This document shows positions 1 through 9,388 of a stretch of 64,000 bases of DNA, piece by piece. Within the stretch, counting starts at the first letter, position 1, and the number at the start of each line of letters is the position of its first letter. The position numbers and the translations under genes are program-made. The notes under the pieces were generated by a model. The model made no database searches and was not told the origin of the DNA. It saw nothing but the letters and a program-made list of their open reading frames with translations. The DNA is taken from assembly GCA_963664365.1 (NCBI GenBank), contig OY761144.1:3328535-3392534 (forward strand), read 5' to 3'. The stretch comes from Dehalococcoidia bacterium. Lineage in GTDB: Bacteria; Chloroflexota; Dehalococcoidia; Lucifugimonadales; UBA1123.

Positions 1-2
1 CC

Positions 3-551
3 GGCGTTCCATACGGTCGTCCCGCCTTTGGAGTAGAACAGAATGTGATCGAGGACGCGTCCGTAGCGCTTGGCGTCGTTGTGGGACGTGGCGCGCCTCC
101 ACACGATGTTGTTCAAGAAGTTGCCTGCGCCGAACAGCGCGTCCATTACCCCCTTGAGATAGTGGACCGCCGAGTCGTCGCAATGCAAGTATATGCTGCC
201 GGTTGACTTCAGGATGCGATGTAGCTCCAACAGTCTCACACTCATGAAGGTGAGATAGCCCGCCATGCTCTCGCCGCTCGCCAGCTTCGCGCCGTTGATG
301 ATGTAGAGCAAGGCGGGGAGGCGGATCTCGATCTCGTCGATCCACTCCTCTTTCACGTCTTCCAAAGTCCAGACGTCGTCGAACGTCGCGCCCCTTGCCT
401 CGCTGTCGAAAGGAGCGGCGTAGGTGCGGTCGGAGTTGAACGGAGGGTCGAGGTATATGAGATCCACGCACTCCGAGTTTATGCCGCGAAGGATGTCCAG
501 GTTGTCGCCGATGAAGATAGTGCGATTCCGCGCATTGCATACATTAGCCAT
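3..551 (-). CDS. Site-specific DNA methyltransferase (N6-A/N4-C), N-terminal part, runs off the window edge
   Basis: Manual translation from ATG 551: MANVCNARNRTIFIGDNLDILRGINSECVDLIYLDPPFNSDRTY...LHRILKSTGSIYLHCD; DPPF motif IV; not in the ORF track. Confidence 0.9.
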   Translation of the reverse strand, partial: MANVCNARNRTIFIGDNLDILRGINSECVDLIYLDPPFNSDRTYAAPFDSEARGATFDDVWTLEDVKEEWIDEIEIRLPALLYIINGAKLASGESMAGYLTFMSVRLLELHRILKSTGSIYLHCDDSAVHYLKGVMDALFGAGNFLNNIVWRRATSHNDAKRYGRVLDHILFYSKGGTTVWNA

Positions 552-667
552 TCGACCGGCTCCCGGCAACTTGTGTAGGTTCAATATACCACCCCAGCCC
601 CCAACAAACCCATCCTGCCAATCCTCCCCATCCCCTAAATCCTGATTCTGACAACATCCCGCCCCAT

Positions 668-763
668 CTGTCATTCCAAGCCCCCTCTCTCTGTCATTCC
701 AAGCCCCCTCTCTCTGTCATTCCAAGCCCCTCTCTCTGTCATTTCGAGCGCAGCGAGAAATCT
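668..763 (+). repeat. Three 22-23 bp tandem units (CTGTCATTCCAAGCCCCCTCTCT) ending in a REP-like palindrome GTCATTTCGAGCGCAGCGAGAAATCT
   Basis: Units start at 668, 691 and 714; a similar palindrome occurs at 26878-26903. Confidence 0.85.
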
Positions 764-810
764 AAAATCCCTGAAAATCCCCCAATCCCGTAAATCCTGC
801 TTCCGACCCC

Positions 811-839
811 TTGACACCAGCCCAAAGACCATGTATTCT
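811..839 (+). promoter_or_regulatory. sigma70-type promoter of paralog 1
   Basis: TTGACA-17-TATTCT preceded by ACCCC, as in the other two paralogs. Confidence 0.75.
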
Positions 840-885
840 AAACAGAACTGTCGTACACCCACTATCCACCATCCACTAACCACTA

Positions 886-1788
886 ATGACTACTTCAACC
901 CAACAGACACCATCAAACCCGGCCCTCGACTTCGCCAACGCCATCCGCGAGGAAACCGACAACGGTCTCGAACTCATCGAGATCCTACACGACATCGCCC
1001 AAGGCAACGACCAGAAGGCCACCGCCAACGACCGCATCACTGCCGCCAACATACTCGCCGACAGAGGATTCGGCAAATGCCCCAGGCAAATCGACCCCAA
1101 TCCGGCCCCAACCCCCAAATCCGACGCCAACGACGTAGGGGCGATTCGCGAATCGCCCTCGGTGCCCGCCGCCAACCCCCGCCCCGTAACACAAATCAAA
1201 GACTCCCTGGACCAGGCCCTAGGCCCTGCTCCAACTATCCACTCGCCAAAATCTACTAACCACTATTCACAATCCACCATCCACTTCACCATCCAACAAC
1301 ACATCATCGAAATCACCAACAACGGACAGACCATCCGAGACACACTCAAAGAAATCGCCCGGGCCAAAGACGACCCGAAAGTCACCCCCTACCACCGCGC
1401 AAGAGCCGCGCGTATCCTCCTCGACCGTCTCCTCGGAACCGACAGCGCCCTCGAAACGAGGACCAAACCCTACGTCCGCCCGGTCAGACAAATCGACCCC
1501 GACGACCTGGCCGAAATCGACGCCAAACTCCGGCGAATGGAGGACGAGGGCATACTCACACCCTACCCGGACGGTCACAGAGACAACATAACCGTGCCTG
1601 AGATACCCGAAGGCTTCGATCCGACACCCTATCTGAAAGAGGCAGCCGAAAAGTTCTGGGCAAACATCGATATGACGCTCGAACGACAGAAGGCATGGCC
1701 CGCCATCGAAGAACGAAGGCGGAAGAAACTCGCCAAAATCTACCCCTCACACTCCGAAGACCAACCGGAAGAACCTCCCGACACATAG
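886..1788 (+). CDS. Uncharacterised multicopy protein, paralog 1
   Basis: Two internal helical repeats (NDRITAANILADRGFGK / YHRARAARILLDRLLG) and C-terminal ERQKAWPAIEERRRKKLAKIYPSHSED shared with 32141-33151 and 49455-50576. Confidence 0.85.
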   Translation: MTTSTQQTPSNPALDFANAIREETDNGLELIEILHDIAQGNDQKATANDRITAANILADRGFGKCPRQIDPNPAPTPKSDANDVGAIRESPSVPAANPRPVTQIKDSLDQALGPAPTIHSPKSTNHYSQSTIHFTIQQHIIEITNNGQTIRDTLKEIARAKDDPKVTPYHRARAARILLDRLLGTDSALETRTKPYVRPVRQIDPDDLAEIDAKLRRMEDEGILTPYPDGHRDNITVPEIPEGFDPTPYLKEAAEKFWANIDMTLERQKAWPAIEERRRKKLAKIYPSHSEDQPEEPPDT

Positions 1789-1880
1789 GCATGTTCTTCT
1801 AACACGCGGCTGAGGGTGGAATGTTCCAACCTGCTATGCTGGTACGGCAAGCGCCAATCATCTGCGATATAATCTATCCC

Positions 1881-2579
1881 ATGATTGCATTCAGGCCACG
1901 ACTCGGACAGGCCGTTCTGTGCGCCGCGCTGCTCAGTGCGGCGTGGGTAATCGCCGCGTGCGCATCGGAACCTCCGCCCACCGCCACGCCGGTCCCGGCC
2001 CAGCCGACCGCGACCCACACACCGGTCCCGACGGCGGCTCCAACCGCTGCGCCGATACCTCCGACCGCCGCGCCGCGTCCCACGCCAATACCGACCCGCG
2101 AACCCGCGACGCCCGTCAGAACCGCGCCCCGCCCCGCCACTCAGCCGCCCGAGGCCGCCCACGATTTCGAGGTCGAAACGTTCGACGGCGAGACGCTGAG
2201 ACTGTCGGACCTCGAGGGAAAGGTCGTCGTGCTGAACTTCTGGGCCTCGTGGTGCCCCCCGTGCCGATGGGAGATGCCCGCGTTCGAGCGCATATCCCAA
2301 GAGTACGGCGACGAGGGGGTCGTCTTCGTGGGCATTGCTCTCACCGATACGCTCCGGGCCGCCAAAGAGTTCGCGGACAGCGCCGGCGTCACCTACCCGC
2401 TCGCCCTCGACAAAACCGGCGAGATTGCCCGCGCGTACAACGTCGTCGGGCTGCCAACCACCTTCTTCATAGACAGAGAGGGCATGATCCAGCGGCGGTT
2501 GACCAGCGTCGCCAACGAAGGCGTCCTGAAAATCTTCATAAGAGGCCAATTGAACCCAACTCCGAGCCGAGACCAATGA
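1881..2579 (+). CDS. TlpA/ResA-family thiol:disulfide oxidoreductase lipoprotein with Pro/Thr linker
   Basis: LNFWASWCPPC, GLPTTFFID cis-Pro motif, lipobox IAAC; start placed at ATG 1881. Confidence 0.9.
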   Translation: MIAFRPRLGQAVLCAALLSAAWVIAACASEPPPTATPVPAQPTATHTPVPTAAPTAAPIPPTAAPRPTPIPTREPATPVRTAPRPATQPPEAAHDFEVETFDGETLRLSDLEGKVVVLNFWASWCPPCRWEMPAFERISQEYGDEGVVFVGIALTDTLRAAKEFADSAGVTYPLALDKTGEIARAYNVVGLPTTFFIDREGMIQRRLTSVANEGVLKIFIRGQLNPTPSRDQ

Positions 2580-2604
2580 CCCACTCACTCTTGAGAGCGC
2601 TTCC

Positions 2605-4536
2605 ATGACCCGCCAACACGACAGACCAACCGACGAACAAGGAGCCGCGCAACTCCTCCTCTGGGCTGTGCGGACCGGAGTTCTCCTCGTCCTGCTCATG
2701 CCGCTGATCGTGAGTACCGGAACCTACTTCCCCTTTGTGGTCGGGAAGGCGGTTTACGCCCGGTCGATCATCGAGGTCACGTTCGGACTCTGGCTGCTGC
2801 TCATACTCTTCGACCCCCGGTACCGACTGGGCAGATCATGGGTCGTCGCGGCGTTCGGACTCTGGCTCCTGGTTGCGATACTCGCCGGACTTGCCGGAGT
2901 CAGCCCCATCCGAAGTATATGGTCCACCTACGAGCGGATGCAGGGCATCTTCGACCTCGCCCACTGGTTCTGCTTCGTCATTATGGCGGCATCGGTCTTC
3001 AGGTCATTCTCTAGCTGGCGGCTGCTGTTCTCCCTGAACCTGGCCGTGGGGACCGTCGTCGCTATCCTGGGACTCGGCCAGCATTTCGACTTCATCAACA
3101 TAGATTGGCTCGGCAGTTCCAGCCGAATCGAGTCCACCATCGGCAACGCGACCTACGTGGGCGCATACGCCGCCGTAAACGTGCTGCTGGCCGTCGGCCT
3201 GATCGCGCAGTCTTTCTCCCGTCAAGCGAGCGAGCCGCTGCAACGCCGGGGCCGCGGCAGAGCGGCCCGGCGCAGACGCCAATCATCCGCCCCCGCCTTC
3301 AGCATGGACTACTACGCCGCGCTCAGGGCCTTCTGGGCGCTTGCCGCCTTCCTCAACCTGCTGACCCTATGGCTGACCAGTACGCGCGGAGCCGTCGTCG
3401 GACTGGGAGCCGCTCTGTTCGTCTTCGCCGTCTGGTACGCAGGCTGGGGCAGCGTGAAAGCCGCTAGACGGGCCGGATACGTCATTCTGGTGGGATCCGT
3501 CATCGCCCTGGTATTTCTAATTGCGGCGCGCACGACGTCCGCCCTCGACCCGATCGTCGACTCCAGCGCCATGATAAAGCGGCTGTCAACTATGTCCCTC
3601 GAAGACTCCAGCATCAGAGGGCGAACCGTGTCCGTCGAAGCCGGATACCACGCCTTCCTGGAGAGACCCTTGCTCGGATGGGGGCCTGAGAACTACATAG
3701 TCGCCTGGGGAAGGCATTACCGGTCGGAGTCGCCGCCGAACGAACTCTTCGACCAAGCGCACAGCAAGCCCATCGAAGAACTGGCGACCAAGGGTGCCCT
3801 GGGGCTGATAACCTACCTGCTCATCTGGTGCGCGATGGCCCTCGCGATTCTACGCTCGTTCAGATCCGAGACCGGCTATCATCAGGTCTTCATTGCCATA
3901 TTCGGAGCGACGCTGTTCGCCTACTTCGTCCAGAACCTCTTCCTGTTCGACACTCCCACAACCGCGATGCTGTTCTGCGTGCTCGCCGCCTTCACGGTTG
4001 CGGAGGAGCGGCGATTGAACGCGGCCGCCGACCGGCCAAGCCGTCGCAGCCGAATCGACCTGTCCGGCTTCGCCAACGCATTGCGTACGCCGCTGGGAGG
4101 CGCCGCCCTCGCGGTCGTCATCGCGATTGCGGTCATAGCGTCGCTGTTCCTGTTCAGCTTCGATCCCTACTCTGCCGCCGAGGACATCGCCCAGGCCAAG
4201 AACTCCGCTTCTTGGGATTCGAGCCTGGAGCTTTTGGACCGATCCATAGAGGTCTTCCCCGGCTTGGCCAACTACCCACGCAGGGAACTTGTCGATACCG
4301 CCGCCCGGAGCGTCGGAGCGCTGTCGGAAGACGAGTTCCGAGTAGTTGCCGACAGAGTCGAGTTGGCGGCCGGCGAAATCCTGGAAGACGAGCCTGAAAA
4401 CTGGAGGCTCATGATCACCCTCGCCCGGTTCTACGAGGTGGCTTCCCAACTTGACCCGAGCTACATGCAAATCGCCGAAGAATACGTGAAAGACGCGGCG
4501 GAGAGAGCGCCAATGATAATAAAGCTGGACGAATGA
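2605..4536 (+). CDS. O-antigen ligase-like (Wzy_C) membrane protein with helical C-terminal domain
   Basis: Many TM segments, LTSTRGA, RPLLGWGPENY, FDQAHS motifs. Confidence 0.85.
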   Translation: MTRQHDRPTDEQGAAQLLLWAVRTGVLLVLLMPLIVSTGTYFPFVVGKAVYARSIIEVTFGLWLLLILFDPRYRLGRSWVVAAFGLWLLVAILAGLAGVSPIRSIWSTYERMQGIFDLAHWFCFVIMAASVFRSFSSWRLLFSLNLAVGTVVAILGLGQHFDFINIDWLGSSSRIESTIGNATYVGAYAAVNVLLAVGLIAQSFSRQASEPLQRRGRGRAARRRRQSSAPAFSMDYYAALRAFWALAAFLNLLTLWLTSTRGAVVGLGAALFVFAVWYAGWGSVKAARRAGYVILVGSVIALVFLIAARTTSALDPIVDSSAMIKRLSTMSLEDSSIRGRTVSVEAGYHAFLERPLLGWGPENYIVAWGRHYRSESPPNELFDQAHSKPIEELATKGALGLITYLLIWCAMALAILRSFRSETGYHQVFIAIFGATLFAYFVQNLFLFDTPTTAMLFCVLAAFTVAEERRLNAAADRPSRRSRIDLSGFANALRTPLGGAALAVVIAIAVIASLFLFSFDPYSAAEDIAQAKNSASWDSSLELLDRSIEVFPGLANYPRRELVDTAARSVGALSEDEFRVVADRVELAAGEILEDEPENWRLMITLARFYEVASQLDPSYMQIAEEYVKDAAERAPMIIKLDE

Positions 4537-4593
4537 GCCTCGGAGCGTTAGATGGACAACGAGCATAGCCGCATTCAGGGCCGGACCGAGCGA

Positions 4594-4668
4594 TGGTCGG
4601 GATGGGCGGGATCGAACCGCCGACCTCCTGTTCCCAAAACAGGCGCGCTGCCGCTGCGCCACACCCCG
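4594..4668 (-). tRNA. tRNA-Pro (TGG)
   Basis: Reverse complement CGGGGTGTGGCGCAGC...CCTGT-TTTGGGA-ACAGG...GGTTCGATCCC...CATCCCGACCA, encoded CCA. Confidence 0.95.
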
Positions 4669-4732
4669 ATCTCATGCTGCGCTCTAACATTACCGCCTTT
4701 GTCCACTCCCGGTAAAGTCGAAAACCCTTTCA

Positions 4733-4911
4733 GAGCCTGTCCCATATCAGTAGGCGCCGCACACGCGAGCGCGAAAATCCCCTCTCCCTTGATGGGCTGA
4801 CAGGGGTAGGTGAATGCAAAACAACCACGAATATCAGTAAACAGGCCCCCTCTCCCTTGAGGGAGAGGGTTGGGGTGAGGGTGACACCCGACCACCAACT
4901 TGGACGGTCTC
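4733..4911. mobile_element. MITE family A, long variant
   Basis: Imperfect TIR GAGCCTGTCCCA...TTGGACGGTCTC, internal CCCTCTCCC/GGGAGAGGG hairpin; inverted copy at about 62362-62518. Confidence 0.7.
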
Positions 4912-4972
4912 CAACCCCATCTCGTTTGATGGTACAATCCGACTGCCGAATCAACATAGGAGAAACAGCCCC

Positions 4973-5779
4973 ATGGACCTCAACGACAAAGTGGCAATCG
5001 TCACCGGCTCCGGAAGAGGAATCGGCAGGGCAATCGCCGAAGAGATGGCGCGATACGGCGCAAGCGTCGTCGTGTCCGACCTCGACGGCGACGCCGTCGC
5101 CCGGACAGCCGCCGAAATCCGCGCGGACTTTCCCCACGTCGCCGTCGACTCCTCCGCCCTCGACGTGACCGACGACGATTCCGTCGCCAACATGACCGCC
5201 CAGGTAATAGATCGGTTCGGGCGCATAGACATACTCGTCAACAACGCCGGCATCATCGGCGCCCCCGGCTGGGAGAATCGCGAGCAACCCGCTGAAATCG
5301 ACTGGGACCGGATATACGAGGTCAACGTGAAGGGCATAGCCAGAGTTTCAGACTGCGTGGCCGAGTCGATGAAGACCAAGCGATACGGCAAAATTGTCAA
5401 CATCGCCTCAGTCGCCGGACGGCAGGGCAGTATGCGCAACCCGCCATACAACGCCTCGAAATCCGGCGTCATCAGCCTGACCCAGGCTTACGCGCTGGGA
5501 CTCGCCCCGTTCAACATAAACGTCAACGCAATCTGCCCCGGCCTGCTCTGGACTCCCATGTGGGAGAGGATCGCGACCCGCACCATAAACCTCAACGACA
5601 GCATGGAAGGCATGACTCCGAGAGAGGCGTTCGAGCAGTTCGTGGCGCAGAGCATCCCCCTGGGCCGCGAGCAGACCCCGCGGGACATCGGACGGCTTGC
5701 CGTGTTCCTCGCCTCCGACCTTGCCATGAACATCACCGGACAGGCGATCAACGTCAACGGCGGCTCCGGCATGAACTGA
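4973..5779 (+). CDS. SDR-family oxidoreductase
   Basis: TGSGRGIG, NNAG, YNASK motifs. Confidence 0.95.
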   Translation: MDLNDKVAIVTGSGRGIGRAIAEEMARYGASVVVSDLDGDAVARTAAEIRADFPHVAVDSSALDVTDDDSVANMTAQVIDRFGRIDILVNNAGIIGAPGWENREQPAEIDWDRIYEVNVKGIARVSDCVAESMKTKRYGKIVNIASVAGRQGSMRNPPYNASKSGVISLTQAYALGLAPFNINVNAICPGLLWTPMWERIATRTINLNDSMEGMTPREAFEQFVAQSIPLGREQTPRDIGRLAVFLASDLAMNITGQAINVNGGSGMN

Positions 5780-5803
5780 CCCGAACCCAAAGCGCTGGCG
5801 CCA

Positions 5804-6352
5804 ATGACATTTCACCCAATCACATTCATCTACGACGCCGACTGCGGTATGTGTACCTCAGCCGTGAGACTGCTCAGCCGCCTGGATTGGCGCAATCGAG
5901 TCTCTTGGGTCTCGGCCCAGAGCTTAGACGCGCCTCCACGCGGACTGTCGTGGGAAAACCTCGAACGTTCCGCCTACCTCAAGACCCCGGCCGGAGACCT
6001 CCACGAGGGGTTCTTCGCCGTCAGAGCGCTGCTTCTCAGACTGCCCCTGACCCTACCCGTCGGCGCGCTGATGATGCTGCCCGGTGTCAGATTGGCCGGA
6101 GTCCCCGCCTATCGCTGGGTCGCCCGAAACCGGCATCGACTGTCGCGCGGGTGTCTCGGTACCGGCAGCAGGCCGCGGGCATCCTCCCCGGTCAGCCGGC
6201 GCGCGATGTGTGGGGCGGCGAGGCCGAGCAGCTCCCGAAATTCACCACCTAATACCCGGATGCTCGGTAGGAGCGCGGGCGTCTCGCCCGCACCCGCCGA
6301 CACCGCAATACCATCGCTAGGCGGTGGATCTGGGAACTCAGATGGCGGTTGA
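5804..6352 (+). CDS. DCC1-like (DUF393) thiol-disulfide oxidoreductase; C-terminus reads through a MITE
   Basis: YDADCGMC motif and YRWVARNR. Confidence 0.85.
   Translation: MTFHPITFIYDADCGMCTSAVRLLSRLDWRNRVSWVSAQSLDAPPRGLSWENLERSAYLKTPAGDLHEGFFAVRALLLRLPLTLPVGALMMLPGVRLAGVPAYRWVARNRHRLSRGCLGTGSRPRASSPVSRRAMCGAARPSSSRNSPPNTRMLGRSAGVSPAPADTAIPSLGGGSGNSDGG
6235..6334. mobile_element. MITE family C with REP core
   Basis: TIR CCGAAATTCACCACCTAA / CTAGGCGGTGGATCTGGG; related copies at 59843-59965, about 30763-30860 and about 12055-12154. Confidence 0.65.
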
Positions 6353-6482
6353 CAACATTATCAGGCGGTCATATAATCTGAGCCGTGCCTGCGCGGCGCG
6401 TCCGTCTATGCAGGAACCGGATTCCCTTCGGGAAATCGGCTCAAGAGGCAGAGCTTGGTCTCGGAAATGTCGGAGTAACGCG

Positions 6483-7307
6483 GTGATTCGGTTACCTATT
6501 CTTGTAGCTATCGTCTCGCTGGCGGTGTTCCCTCTCCTTGCCTGTGGCGCTGGCGCTGCTCCCGCCGAAGAATCACAGCCGGCCGCCAAGACCGAAGAGT
6601 CGGCAGCGACAACGGCAGACCCGGACGAAGCGGCGGCGGCGGGGGTGGCTCTCTTCCCAGACCCGTTCATTGAAGAAAGGGTACGGGAGGAATTGAATCA
6701 GCCTGAAGGACCTATCCTCATCTCAGATCTAAAACAAGTGACCGATTTTGGTTCGGCAGGGCGCCTCTATGTCGCCGACCTTACCGGATTAGAGCATCTT
6801 GTCAATATAACCGAATACGACGTCAGCCAGAACAAGGTAACCGACATCTCGCCGCTGGCTTCCCTCACCAATCTCACCAGACTCAACATCTCCCAGAACG
6901 ACATAACCGACATCTCACCACTGGCTCCGCTCACCAATCTAACCTTTCTTTGGTGTCAGGATAACCTGGTAAGCGACATCTCAGCGCTTGCCTCGCTCAC
7001 CAACCTAACCGAGATCAACATTCGGCAAAATGAGATAAGCGACATCTCAGCGCTGGCTTCGCTCACCAATCTAACCGTGCTCGACCTCAGGAATAACAAT
7101 ATCAGCGACCTCTCGCCATTGGCTTCGCTCTCTAAGCTCACCAATCTCTCACTCAGTAAGAACGACATAACCGACATCTCGCCACTACTGGATATTGGCC
7201 TCGGTGAGGGCGCCAAGATCACACTTTATGGCTTGCCTTTGGACACCAATTCGATAGAAGTGGTTATTCCCCAGCTCGAAGCGGCAGGGGTGAACGTCCT
7301 GTTCTAG
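6483..7307 (+). CDS. Internalin-like leucine-rich-repeat lipoprotein
   Basis: Lipobox LLAC, about six 22-aa LRRs (LTNLTxLxLxxNxISDISPLAS); GTG start with GGAG upstream. Confidence 0.9.
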   Translation: MIRLPILVAIVSLAVFPLLACGAGAAPAEESQPAAKTEESAATTADPDEAAAAGVALFPDPFIEERVREELNQPEGPILISDLKQVTDFGSAGRLYVADLTGLEHLVNITEYDVSQNKVTDISPLASLTNLTRLNISQNDITDISPLAPLTNLTFLWCQDNLVSDISALASLTNLTEINIRQNEISDISALASLTNLTVLDLRNNNISDLSPLASLSKLTNLSLSKNDITDISPLLDIGLGEGAKITLYGLPLDTNSIEVVIPQLEAAGVNVLF

Positions 7308-7319
7308 AGGTAACATGAG

Positions 7320-8285
7320 ATGAGTACTTATATACTAAGACGGTTGCTTCTGGTCATACCTACGATTTTGATAGTCACCGCTCTGACCACCGTCTCCACC
7401 CGCCTCATCCCGGGCGATGCGGTTGACATACTAATAGGTGAGATCGATGCCGGAGGGAATGAAGACCGGGAGGAGATGCGGGCCGCCATTGAGAAGCAAC
7501 TGGGGTTGGATGTGCCCGTCTATGTCCAATATGCGCGGTGGTGGAAGAATATAATCCTCCACGGCGACATGGGCCAGTCGATATTTATGAGCACCGATAT
7601 CAGAGACCAGATTATTCGAAGGCTTCCAATATCCATCGAACTTGGCATAATGGCCCTGATAATAGCATTGATAATCTCTTTTCCGGTCGCCATATATTCG
7701 GCAATACGGCAGGACTCTATCGGTGACTATGCGGCCCGAAGCGTCGCTATATTATTCATCAGCGTCCCCTCCTTCTGGGTGGGAATCATGGTAGTGGTCT
7801 TCCCCTCAATCTGGTGGGGTTGGTCACCCCCCATTGTTAACATTCCTCTTTGGGAAGACCCCTGGGGAAACTTAAAGATGTACATACTTCCAGCAGCCAT
7901 CCTGGGTATGGCTATCAATGGAGTCAACATGAGGTTGACGCGGACCATGATGCTGGAGGTGATAAGGGAGGACTACATCCGGACCGCCTATTCAAAGGGG
8001 CTGCGTGAGAGAGTAGTTGTGCTCAGGCATGCTCTCAAAAATGCGATGATCCCGGTGATCACCATAATAGGGGGGAGCGTGCCTATCGTCATTGGGGGCT
8101 CGGTTATTATCGAGCAGATATTTAACTTGCCTGGAATGGGTCGTCTGGCGGTAGGGGCTGCTTTTAACCGGGATTACCCGGTAATTGTTGGGGTAACAGT
8201 TGTTTATACGTTTTTCACCCTATTCATCATTTTGATAACTGATCTGAGCTATGCCTTCCTGGACCCCAGGATCCGCTACAAATAG
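7320..8285 (+). CDS. Peptide/nickel ABC transporter permease (OppB/DppB-like)
   Basis: YILRRLL, EDYIRTAYSKGL...HALKNA EAA loop, LDPRIRY. Confidence 0.95.
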   Translation: MSTYILRRLLLVIPTILIVTALTTVSTRLIPGDAVDILIGEIDAGGNEDREEMRAAIEKQLGLDVPVYVQYARWWKNIILHGDMGQSIFMSTDIRDQIIRRLPISIELGIMALIIALIISFPVAIYSAIRQDSIGDYAARSVAILFISVPSFWVGIMVVVFPSIWWGWSPPIVNIPLWEDPWGNLKMYILPAAILGMAINGVNMRLTRTMMLEVIREDYIRTAYSKGLRERVVVLRHALKNAMIPVITIIGGSVPIVIGGSVIIEQIFNLPGMGRLAVGAAFNRDYPVIVGVTVVYTFFTLFIILITDLSYAFLDPRIRYK

Positions 8286-8293
8286 AGGGAAGA

Positions 8294-9205
8294 ATGGTCG
8301 ATACTGACAGAGGGTTCAGCGTCCCTGAGGTAGCTCAGGCGAGAAGGCGTCGAAACCCACTGGCTGATTTCTTTATCAGGCTGGTCAAGACGAAGCCACT
8401 GGGTACCGCCTCCGCGGTTATTGTCCTGGTGTTCTTCATTACTGGCGTATTCGCCGGGTTCCTGGCCCCCTTCGGATTCAACGAACAGTTCCGGGGGGAC
8501 TTCCTAAAACCGCCATCACTCGATCACTGGCTAGGCACTGACCAGTTGGGGCGAGACCTCCTCAGCCGCATGATCTACGGGGCTCGTATTTCTATGCTCG
8601 TAGGTGTGGTTAGCAGTTTGATTTCTCTTGTTGTCTCCTGTTCCATAGGCCTTCCGTCGGGGTACTTTGGCGGCAAATTCGACCTGATCGTGCAAAGGTT
8701 CATTGACGCTTGGATTGTCTTTCCGGACCTGATCATTCTCTTACTGTTGGTGGCTATAGTCGGTCCAAGTCTCTGGACGTTGATATTCATTCTGGGAATA
8801 TCAGCTGGCCTCGGGGGGTCGAGGTCGGTAAGAGGCGCCGTTATCGGCATCAGACAGGATGCGTACATAGAATCCGTACAGGCTATTGGCGCCCCGACGA
8901 TGAGAATAATCTTGCGGCACGTGCTGCCTAACGTCGCCGCTTACCTGCTTGTCCTGGTCACTACGCGTATGCCGGGGTTGATGTTGGGGGAGGCCGGTCT
9001 GAGCTTTCTCGGGCTTGGTGTCCCTCCCCCAGAGCCTAGCTGGGGGGGTATGCTCGGTGGAGCCGGCGTCACCTACATGTATAGGGCTCCTCTGCTGGCG
9101 ATATGGCCTGGTCTTGCCCTGAGTATCGTCGTATATAGCACGAATATGTTCGGGGACGCATTGAGAGACCTGTTAGACCCTAGGCTCCGCGGCGCGGGCA
9201 GCTGA
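8294..9205 (+). CDS. Peptide/nickel ABC transporter permease (OppC/DppC-like)
   Basis: HWLGTDQLGRD, RHVLPN, GDALRDLLDPR. Confidence 0.95.
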   Translation: MVDTDRGFSVPEVAQARRRRNPLADFFIRLVKTKPLGTASAVIVLVFFITGVFAGFLAPFGFNEQFRGDFLKPPSLDHWLGTDQLGRDLLSRMIYGARISMLVGVVSSLISLVVSCSIGLPSGYFGGKFDLIVQRFIDAWIVFPDLIILLLLVAIVGPSLWTLIFILGISAGLGGSRSVRGAVIGIRQDAYIESVQAIGAPTMRIILRHVLPNVAAYLLVLVTTRMPGLMLGEAGLSFLGLGVPPPEPSWGGMLGGAGVTYMYRAPLLAIWPGLALSIVVYSTNMFGDALRDLLDPRLRGAGS

Positions 9206-9388
9206 AGCGGCGCATCCGGCTGATCACCAAAATCCCAGTTCAGGCACCCCCGCTAAAATCTACCCACTACCCACTATCCACTCACGCATAAAATCCTGTC
9301 CATCCCATAATCCCCAAGATCCTGCTTCAGACATCCCCTTACGCCTCACCCATTATCCATGACTATTTCCCCCTCGATTTCTCAACGC

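Noticed and set aside
668-740. Possible CRISPR array
   Set aside because: Repeats are contiguous with no unique spacers, and no cas genes are present
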